64,000 nt of DNA from a virus. Its lineage: Duplodnaviria > Caudoviricetes. Under the pieces are notes generated by a model. The model was given only the letters and a program-made list of their open reading frames with translations, was not told the origin of the DNA and did no database searches. Both the position numbers and the translations under genes were made by a program. Every line of letters begins with the position of its first letter. The stretch's first letter is position 1. This document shows, piece by piece, positions 1 to 6,915 of the stretch. The stretch is from positions 20,398 through 84,397 of the IMG/VR virus record IMGVR_UViG_2928424016_000001; one strand, written 5' to 3'.

Positions 1-2
1 CC

Positions 3-335
3 CAGCAGACGGCGCTGCATATGCTGCGCGATAGCAAGGCGAGCGCGGGCAGGGGCGTCGACGCCGCCGTGCTGCGACAGCTACCGGCCAATCTCAGCCG
101 TCCGAGGGCGGTGCTGCGCGACAGACGCGACGGTGCGCTTCTTTATGTCTTCGACAGCGGACACGATCCGCGCCTGGCCAAGATCGTCGTGAAGGTCGAT
201 TTTGAGACCAAGGCCCGCCCGCCTGGCGGAAAGCCGCAGTCGATCAAAACCAATTCGATCCGCACGGCGGGTCTCGTCGATGCGGTGACGCTTGCCGATC
301 CGTCTGCCTATGAGGTGTTGTCGGGGAAGATTTGA
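3..335 (+). CDS. C-terminal part of MuF/gpF head morphogenesis protein (PBECR-like nuclease extension), 5' truncated by window
   Basis: close homologue of C-terminus of 41452..42747 (ALHM..RD.KA..G..VD.A.LRQLP.NL.RPRAVLRDRRDGALLYVFDSG...TNSIRTAGLV). Confidence 0.85.
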   Translation, partial: QQTALHMLRDSKASAGRGVDAAVLRQLPANLSRPRAVLRDRRDGALLYVFDSGHDPRLAKIVVKVDFETKARPPGGKPQSIKTNSIRTAGLVDAVTLADPSAYEVLSGKI

Positions 336-437
336 TGGCCACCGGGGGGTACGCCACCTTCCCCGTAACAGTGTCGCCGTTGCCAGGACGGGATCACTGA
401 ACCGGACCGGCGATTTCCCGGTTGTCGCGGCGGCCAT
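335..437 (+). ncRNA. candidate multibranch structured RNA downstream of MuF (copy A)
   Basis: closing stem ATGGCCACCG/CGGCGGCCAT; internal GGGG/CCCC, CAGTG/CACTG, AACCGG/CCGGTT stems; covaries with 42753..42850. Confidence 0.6.
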
Positions 438-644
438 CTCCTCCATCATACGCCGATGAGGCGGGATTTCAACGGGGCGCACAGAAGGCCACAGACGCGC
501 AGCAAGCGTTCGGATGGGCGACGACACCGGCAAGCCCCCAGAAACGCGCCCACGGAGTTTGAAGACGGTTTGAATTCGAAGCCTTGTCTCTCTCCCGCGT
601 CGTGTTATGTCTTGAAGGACCGTCTCATTGCCACCGGGCCTTAT

Positions 645-667
645 CCGCAAACCCTTGTGGCTGTTTT
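645..667 (+). promoter_or_regulatory. A-type late promoter/activator box
   Basis: CCGCAA-ACCC-TTGTGG-CTGTTTT; near-identical at 11801; same position as B box at 43060. Confidence 0.65.
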
Positions 668-696
668 TGCTTAAAGCGCCGGGGCACTCTTGCCCC

Positions 697-1779
697 ATGA
701 CGAAAAACACCCAAACCCACCCTTCGAGCCTTATCGCCACCCATGCCGTCATGCTGGGCGGTGCCGATGCCGTTTCGCCGGAAGAGGGCAGCACCGGCCA
801 CTGGACCCTGCTGATGCCGCTCGGCTCATTTTCCGGCCGTGACGGTCGCGGTCCCTATTCGGTCAACGGCATGGACGGCATGCAGGCGGTGATCGCCGCG
901 ACCGCCCAGCGCGCCGGCACCACCGATCTCGTGGTCGATTACGATCACCAGACGCAGTTTTCCGCCGTGCCGGGTGTCGGCGGCCAGGCACCGGCCGCCG
1001 GCTGGATCAAGCAACTCGAAGCGCGGCCCGACGGTCTCTACGGCCGGATCGAGTGGACGGAAAAGGCCGTCCAGAGCATCCGCGCCGGGGAATATCGCTA
1101 CATCTCGCCCGCCTATCACCACGATCCGAGCGGCCGCGTGCTGCGGCTGATTTCGGCGGGGCTCACCAACGTGCCCAATCTCGACCTCGCGGCGGTTGCC
1201 GCCAGCGCCCAGCAAACCCGTGCTCAACAGAACCAGGAAAACGATATGAAGACGATTGCCGCCGCCTTGGGGCTTTCCGAGGACGCGGATGAGAGCGCCA
1301 TTCTCACCGCGATCAACAGTGTCCTGACCGGCAATGCGGCCATTGCCGCTGCCGCCGGGCTTTCCGCCTCCGCCAAGCCGACCGAGATCGTCACGGCGAT
1401 CCAGTCGGCCCGCAGCGAGGTTGACCCGACGCGCTTCGTGCCGATCGAGCAGGTCACGGCCCTCCAGAACGGTTTGAAGGCCCTTCAAACCAAGATTGAA
1501 GGCGAGGAGGCCGAAATCGCCGTCCACCGCGCCATCACCGAAGGCCGTCTGGCACCAGCGCTCAAAAACTGGGGCCTCGACCTTCACAAGAAGGACCCGG
1601 CCGCCTTCAAGGCCTTTGCCGACGCTTCTCCGGTTCTGACCGCCACGCAGCGCGCGGGCGTTGCCCCGCCCGGCACGGGCGCGGACACCGATCTGACGAG
1701 CGAAGATCTGGCGGTGATGAGCCAGATGGGTCTCAGCAAGGAAACCTTCCTCAAGGCCAAGAAAGGCGGTGACGCATGA
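697..1779 (+). CDS. Mu-like prohead protease I with embedded scaffold (internal start 1246)
   Basis: VVDYDHQ, APAAGWI, EYRYISP, AGLTNVPNL motifs; AGGA-spaced internal ATG. Confidence 0.9.
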   Translation: MTKNTQTHPSSLIATHAVMLGGADAVSPEEGSTGHWTLLMPLGSFSGRDGRGPYSVNGMDGMQAVIAATAQRAGTTDLVVDYDHQTQFSAVPGVGGQAPAAGWIKQLEARPDGLYGRIEWTEKAVQSIRAGEYRYISPAYHHDPSGRVLRLISAGLTNVPNLDLAAVAASAQQTRAQQNQENDMKTIAAALGLSEDADESAILTAINSVLTGNAAIAAAAGLSASAKPTEIVTAIQSARSEVDPTRFVPIEQVTALQNGLKALQTKIEGEEAEIAVHRAITEGRLAPALKNWGLDLHKKDPAAFKAFADASPVLTATQRAGVAPPGTGADTDLTSEDLAVMSQMGLSKETFLKAKKGGDA

Positions 1780-2183
1780 CGGCGTTGACCATCGACCGCA
1801 ACACGCCCCAGCGCTCGGGCGATAACCGCAACTTTCCGGTCAAGGGGGCAACGACGCTCTTCGCCGGATCAATGGTGGCGCTCAGCGAAAACGGCTTTCT
1901 GGTGCCGGCCAGTACCCTTGCCAATCTGAAGGTCGTCGGCCGCAACGAGCGGCGGATCGTCAATCAGGGCGCGGACGGCGACCAGCGCGCCGATGTCAAG
2001 GCTGGCATCTTCCGCTTTGAAAACTCCACCGGCGGTGACGCCATCACCCTGGTCGATATCGGATCGGACTGCTTTGCCGTCGACGATCAGACGGTCGCCA
2101 GAACCTCCAATTCCTCCGCGCGTCCCGTGGCCGGCACGATCTTCGATGTCGACGATGACGGCGTGTGGGTCAAATTCTCCTGA
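1776..2183 (+). CDS. capsid decoration/cement-like protein
   Basis: 135 aa between protease and capsid genes; beta-rich; homologue at 44170. Confidence 0.6.
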   Translation: MTALTIDRNTPQRSGDNRNFPVKGATTLFAGSMVALSENGFLVPASTLANLKVVGRNERRIVNQGADGDQRADVKAGIFRFENSTGGDAITLVDIGSDCFAVDDQTVARTSNSSARPVAGTIFDVDDDGVWVKFS

Positions 2184-2193
2184 GAGGACGTCC

Positions 2194-3090
2194 ATGCTGA
2201 TTACCCGCCAATCGCTCCAGTCGGCCTATGTCGGCTTCAACGCGGCCTTCCAGGCTGGCCTTGGAATGGCCACCTCGCAGTGGTCGCGGATCGCGACCCT
2301 GATTACCTCGACCACCAAGACGCAGGAATATGGCTGGCTCGGCCAGTTTCCGGGCATGCGCGAATGGATCGGCGACCGCGTGGTCAACGGTCTTGCCAGC
2401 CACGGCTATACGCTGACCAACAAGTCCTATGAAACGACGATCGGCGTCGACCGTGACGATTTCGAAGACGACAATCTCGGCATCTATGGGCCGATGTTCC
2501 AGCAGCTTGGCCAGAACGCAGCGCTCTTTCCCGACCAGCTGGTCTGGGGGCTCCTGAAGAACGGTTTCGGCACGAAGTGCTATGACGGCCAGTATTTCTT
2601 CGACACCGATCATCCGGTGCTCGATGCCAAGGGCAACGTCAATTCCGTGGCCAATACCGATGGCGGCAATGGCACGGCCTGGTTCCTGATCGACGATACA
2701 CGCGCCTTGAAACCGCTGATCTACCAGAGCCGCAAGCCCTTCACCAACCTGATCCGCAAGGACCAGGAGAGCGACGACAACGTCTTCTTCAAGAAGGAAT
2801 ATGTCTACGGTCTCGACGGTCGCTGCCAGGTCGGTTTCGGCTTCTGGCAACAGGCCTGGGGCTCGAAGCAGACGCTCGATGTCACCAGCTACGAGGCGGC
2901 CCGCGTCGGTCTCGGCAGCCTGAAGGCCGATTACGGCAATCCGCTTGCTATCAATCCGCGCCTTTTGATCGTGCCGCCGTCGCTGGAAGGGGCGGCCCGC
3001 AAGATCGTCGGTAACCAGCTGACCGACAATGGCGGCACCAACCAGTGGTACGGCACGGCCGAGGTGCTGGTTTCGCCCTGGCTTTCCTGA
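2194..3090 (+). CDS. Mu-like major capsid protein (gpT family)
   Basis: YGWLGQFPGMREWIGDR, CYDGQYFFDTDHPV, YGLDGRCQVGFGFWQ motifs. Confidence 0.95.
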   Translation: MLITRQSLQSAYVGFNAAFQAGLGMATSQWSRIATLITSTTKTQEYGWLGQFPGMREWIGDRVVNGLASHGYTLTNKSYETTIGVDRDDFEDDNLGIYGPMFQQLGQNAALFPDQLVWGLLKNGFGTKCYDGQYFFDTDHPVLDAKGNVNSVANTDGGNGTAWFLIDDTRALKPLIYQSRKPFTNLIRKDQESDDNVFFKKEYVYGLDGRCQVGFGFWQQAWGSKQTLDVTSYEAARVGLGSLKADYGNPLAINPRLLIVPPSLEGAARKIVGNQLTDNGGTNQWYGTAEVLVSPWLS

Positions 3091-3106
3091 TCCGTCATCC
3101 CCGCAA

Positions 3107-3197
3107 TGCCTCCCAGGGCAAGGGCCGTCAGCTTCGGCTGGCGGTTCCTGATGCAAGCGCCGGCTTCGACGGCTTTTCCATCAGGAACCGAAAAGGA
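3107..3197 (+). ncRNA. conserved structured element downstream of capsid gene (copy A)
   Basis: C(UUCG)G hairpin 3125-3144; stem 3143-3153/3179-3189; near-identical at 45511..45602. Confidence 0.6.
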
Positions 3198-3204
3198 CCC
3201 CATC

Positions 3205-3546
3205 ATGGCTTCGAAGAAAGACGAGACCGCCGGCACGGAAAAAAGCTGGCTGGACGAATTCCGGACCGTCACCGAGGACGAATTCAAAAAGCTCTATCCG
3301 TTGACCCATGCGCTGATGCGCGCCTGGGATAGGGCGGTGGAGCCGGTCTTGCGGGTGGTCTCCACGGATGCCGGTTTGCGGCGCGGCGATCTCGCGCATC
3401 CGGCGACGCCGGTGCTGCATGATCTCAAGACCCTGCATCCGGCCAAAATAGAGCAGATCCTGGCTGAGCCCGCCCTGATTACCGAACTGGTGGAAAAGCC
3501 GGATGAGCCGGTCCCGGCTGACGATGCCAAGTCGGCGCAAGGCTGA
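3205..3546 (+). CDS. HI1506-like head accessory protein
   Basis: VLRVVS...GLRRG..H motif; position after gpT. Confidence 0.6.
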   Translation: MASKKDETAGTEKSWLDEFRTVTEDEFKKLYPLTHALMRAWDRAVEPVLRVVSTDAGLRRGDLAHPATPVLHDLKTLHPAKIEQILAEPALITELVEKPDEPVPADDAKSAQG

Positions 3547-3555
3547 GGCGGGTCC

Positions 3556-3993
3556 ATGGCCTATTGCACCAAGCAGGATCTGATCGAGCGGTTCGGGGAG
3601 CGGGAACTGATCCAGTTGACCGATCGCGCCACGCCGCCCGCCGGGGCGATGGACGACACGATCATTGCCCGCGCCATTGCGGATGCCACCGCGCTTGCGG
3701 ACGGCTATATCGGTAAGGCCTACAGCCTGCCGCTGGTGACCGTGCCGGAGGTGCTGGTGAAGCTCACCGCAGACGTCGCCCGCTACTATCTGCATTTCAA
3801 GGGCGTCGAAAGAGACAGCCCGATCCAGCGCAGCCATGACCAGGCGCTTTCCTATTTCCGGGATGTCGCCAGAGGCATCGTGCAATTGATCGAGACCGAA
3901 ACCGGCGAGACGCCGCCGGTCTCCGGTGGCGGTCAGGTCAAGGTCGTGGCTCCGGACCGGACCTTCTCCCGCAAGACGCTGAAGGGCTATTGA
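3556..3993 (+). CDS. Mu gp36-like head-tail adaptor (DUF1320)
   Basis: YCT..DL..RFGE.ELIQLTDR, DGYIG..Y.LPL..VP motifs. Confidence 0.9.
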   Translation: MAYCTKQDLIERFGERELIQLTDRATPPAGAMDDTIIARAIADATALADGYIGKAYSLPLVTVPEVLVKLTADVARYYLHFKGVERDSPIQRSHDQALSYFRDVARGIVQLIETETGETPPVSGGGQVKVVAPDRTFSRKTLKGY

Positions 3994-3994
3994 G

Positions 3995-4570
3995 ATGGCC
4001 GGGACTTCCATCGAGATCCGGGACGGATTGACGCCGACGCTGGAGCGTCTCGTCAGCGTGTCAGATAATCCGGCTGCGATCATGAGCGATGTCGCGGCCT
4101 ATCTGCTCACCTCGACCCAGCAGCGCTTCGAGCAGGAGATTGGGCCGGACGGGCAGAAGTGGAAGCCGCTGAAACCCCGCACGGCGGCCCAGAGGATCGG
4201 CAAGGGCCGCGTGAAGCGTGGCAGCGAGCATATTCTCGTTCGCACCGGGCGGCTGAAGAACAGTCTCACCGCTGCCTCCGATGCCGTCAGCGCGACCGTC
4301 GGCACCAATGTTGAATATGCCGCGATCCACCAGTTCGGGGGCGTGATCCGTCAGACGGCCCGATCCCAGACGCTCAGCCTGAAGCGCATTCGCGGCTCAA
4401 AACAGGTCCGTTTCGTCAGGGCCGGAGCCAAGGGCGCGGTCGAGCGCGAGGTGACGATCGGCGCGCGGCAGATCGTCATGCCAGCCCGTCCCTATCTCGG
4501 CATCAACGATGCCGACCGGGCCGAGATCGCCACCATCATCATGACCGACTTCGGAAAGGCTGTGGAATGA
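3995..4570 (+). CDS. Mu gpG-like virion morphogenesis protein
   Basis: RFEQEIGPDG..W.PL, VGTNVEYAAIHQFGG, PARPYLGI. Confidence 0.9.
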   Translation: MAGTSIEIRDGLTPTLERLVSVSDNPAAIMSDVAAYLLTSTQQRFEQEIGPDGQKWKPLKPRTAAQRIGKGRVKRGSEHILVRTGRLKNSLTAASDAVSATVGTNVEYAAIHQFGGVIRQTARSQTLSLKRIRGSKQVRFVRAGAKGAVEREVTIGARQIVMPARPYLGINDADRAEIATIIMTDFGKAVE

Positions 4571-4983
4571 TCGTCTTCGAAATCATCGACCGGCTGAAGC
4601 AGGCAGGCACGCCCTTCGTCATCGTCGAAGGGGCGAACGAACTGGCGGAGGTCAAGGACCGGCCGGGGAATACGCCTGCGGCCTATGTCTTCGTCAGCGG
4701 CGAGGCCTCGGAAGACAATCAGCGGCTGACCGGGCCGATCCTGCAGCGCACCGCCGTCGACCTCTCCGTGGTGATCATCACCGAGAATGCCGGCGGCGCG
4801 GAAGATGCGGCCCGCGACATCGAGACCCTGAAGGCGTTCACCCGTGGCTTGCTCCTCGGCTTCACGCCCGCCGATGCCGAGCCGCTGGAACACATTACCG
4901 GGCGGCTGCAGCAGGCGAGAGACGGCATGGTCTGGTTCGAGGATGTTTTCGGCACGGCCTTTTATCAGGAGGAACAGCCATGA
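4567..4983 (+). CDS. tail terminator-like protein (gp37 position)
   Basis: PAAYVF motif, position before tail tube; homologue at 46969. Confidence 0.65.
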   Translation: MIVFEIIDRLKQAGTPFVIVEGANELAEVKDRPGNTPAAYVFVSGEASEDNQRLTGPILQRTAVDLSVVIITENAGGAEDAARDIETLKAFTRGLLLGFTPADAEPLEHITGRLQQARDGMVWFEDVFGTAFYQEEQP

Positions 4984-5150
4984 CGAACCCGCAGACGGGC
5001 GGCAGCTATCTGCGCAATCCGGACGGCAGCCTGACCCGAATCGAGATTGCCGCCTTCAAACCAGCCGAGCCGGAACAGCCCGCCGCCCAGCCTTCGAGCG
5101 AAACGCCGGAGGCGCAAGACGAGACCAGCGCCAAGAAGGGAAAGGCCTGA
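4980..5150 (+). CDS. small 56-aa protein missed by ORF track (MTNPQTGGSYLRNPDGSLTR...)
   Basis: GGAGG RBS, ATGA overlap; conserved at 47382..47549. Confidence 0.75.
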   Translation: MTNPQTGGSYLRNPDGSLTRIEIAAFKPAEPEQPAAQPSSETPEAQDETSAKKGKA

Positions 5151-5153
5151 GCC

Positions 5154-6080
5154 ATGACGAAATACGCACGCAACAAGGCCCTGCTGGTGAAGCTTGAGGC
5201 GACCTATGGCGAGGATGCCGCCCCGACCGGGGCGGCCAATGCCATGCAGGCGGGGAATTTCAACTTCGAGCCGCTGCTGGGCACTGATGTCAGCCGCGAC
5301 CTGATCCTTCCTTACATGGGCCATCAGGGCGTGATCCTGACCGGCAACTATGCCCGCCTCGCCTTCGATGTCGAGGTGGCGGGATCGGGTGCGGCCGGAA
5401 CCGTACCGGCCTGGGGCGTTCTGATGCGGGCCTGCGGCATGGCCGAGGTGATCACGGCGGCAACGGATGTCAAATACACGCCGGTTTCCCGCGATTTCGA
5501 GGCCGCCTCGATCTATTTCGTCAATGACGGCATCAAGCATGTGCTGCTCGGCGCACGCGGCACCTGGAAGCTTTCGATGCAGCCGAGCCAGATTGCCCGT
5601 TTCAGCTATACGCTGACCGGTCTTCTCGGCACGATCACCGATGACGCCAACCCGGTAATCGACCTCACCAAATTCATCAAGCCGGTTCCGGTTTCCAAGG
5701 CAAACACCACGTTTTCGCTGCTCGGCTATGCCGGGGCCTGCGAGGCGTTTTCCTTCGATCTGGCGGGCGATATCCAGCCGCGCCTGCTGATCAATGAAGA
5801 GAGCATCGAATATACCGACCGGCAGATGACCGGCGAGGCGACGATGGCCGCGACCTCGCTTGCCACCGTCGACTGGTTCGGCAAGGCGCTTTCCCACGAG
5901 ACCGGCGTATTGGCTGCCCAGCATGGCAAGGCGGCGGGCAATATCGTCCAGTTCGATGCACCGCGCGTGCAGATCGGCCGCACGACCTATGAGGAGAACC
6001 AGAAGATCCTCAACAACAAGATGCCGATGATGTTGCTGCCGAGCGCCGGCAACGACGAATTCACCATCACCGTCAAGTAG
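5154..6080 (+). CDS. tail tube protein (siphovirus type)
   Basis: 308 aa, highly conserved with 47553..48479; precedes chaperone/TMP; no sheath gene. Confidence 0.85.
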   Translation: MTKYARNKALLVKLEATYGEDAAPTGAANAMQAGNFNFEPLLGTDVSRDLILPYMGHQGVILTGNYARLAFDVEVAGSGAAGTVPAWGVLMRACGMAEVITAATDVKYTPVSRDFEAASIYFVNDGIKHVLLGARGTWKLSMQPSQIARFSYTLTGLLGTITDDANPVIDLTKFIKPVPVSKANTTFSLLGYAGACEAFSFDLAGDIQPRLLINEESIEYTDRQMTGEATMAATSLATVDWFGKALSHETGVLAAQHGKAAGNIVQFDAPRVQIGRTTYEENQKILNNKMPMMLLPSAGNDEFTITVK

Positions 6081-6112
6081 GCCCTGAAGGGCGTTCAAAG
6101 AGGCTTTGAAGC

Positions 6113-6559
6113 ATGTTCAAACTCGTACCCACCCTGACTGCCTGGTGGCCCGTTTCCGTGCTGGAACCGGATAATGACAATCCCGGCACGCTGAAGGAGG
6201 CGACGTTCGAGGTCGAACTGGTGATCCGGGGCAAGGACGAACTGAAGCCCTATGACGATCAGCGCGCCGACCTGATCAACCGGCTGCCGTCAGCCGAGGA
6301 TTATGCCACCGATCTGAGGGCTGCCTCCGACGCGGCGACCCGGGTGAGGGCAGAGATCGAGGATCATGACCGGCGCATGTTTCACCTGATGGTCAGCAAC
6401 TGGCGGGGCGTGGTCGATGCCGATGACCAGCCACTGCCGTTCAGCCCTGATACTCTCGACATGGCGCTCGGCTTTGACCGTATCCGCGTGGCGCTGAACC
6501 GCGCCTATGAAGAAGCCGTCTCGAACGACAAGGCCCGATTGGGAAACTTGAAGAACTAG
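6113..6559 (+). CDS. tail assembly chaperone (G-like)
   Basis: position before TMP; G GGA AAC slippery heptamer at 6541-6547. Confidence 0.8.
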   Translation: MFKLVPTLTAWWPVSVLEPDNDNPGTLKEATFEVELVIRGKDELKPYDDQRADLINRLPSAEDYATDLRAASDAATRVRAEIEDHDRRMFHLMVSNWRGVVDADDQPLPFSPDTLDMALGFDRIRVALNRAYEEAVSNDKARLGNLKN

Positions 6560-6915
6560 CCCAAAGCTGGGCGCGGCATCGGACCGGCAAGATCGACCGG
6601 ACGAAGCCGCAGATCGTGACCGAGAGCGTGCGCGACGAATTCGCGGCTTTCGGTCTGGTGGTCGAGGTGGAAGAGGCGGGCGAGGTGATCCATCCGGTCG
6701 CCGCCTGCAATTGGCAAAGCCTCACGGCCTTTCTCGCCTGTGACACGCAATGGCGGGTCGTCGGTGTCGGGCTCGGCGGCATGATCTGGATCGGCCTCGA
6801 TTACACCGCCTGCGATGTCGTCTTCCGGCGCGGGCACTTTGCCGATCAGGCCTGGGACGATGTGCGGGTGATGGAGGAAGCGGCGCTGCCGATCCTCAAC
6901 AGCGGAGAGGAATGA
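6541..6915 (+). CDS. -1 frame extension of chaperone (GT-like; DUF1799-like)
   Basis: open -1 frame from slippery site into ORF 6616..6915 (TQWR...IGLDY). Confidence 0.75.
   Translation, partial: GKLEELAQSWARHRTGKIDRTKPQIVTESVRDEFAAFGLVVEVEEAGEVIHPVAACNWQSLTAFLACDTQWRVVGVGLGGMIWIGLDYTACDVVFRRGHFADQAWDDVRVMEEAALPILNSGEE

Noticed and set aside
335-437. HDV-like/theta or twister ribozyme after MuF
   Set aside because: I could not build the nested double pseudoknot or find the catalytic consensus in both copies; retained only as an unknown structured RNA.
3143-3197. Hammerhead ribozyme (CTGATG ... GAAA)
   Set aside because: The core reads CUGAUGC rather than CUGANGA, and CTGATG is itself paired in the long stem; three-stem geometry is missing.
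4965-6098. Long antisense ORFs (also 7545..9053, 11949..13700, 14289..16028, 38595..39968, 54408..55808 and similar)
   Set aside because: Typical stop-poor reverse frames of high-GC genes with clear phage products on the plus strand.
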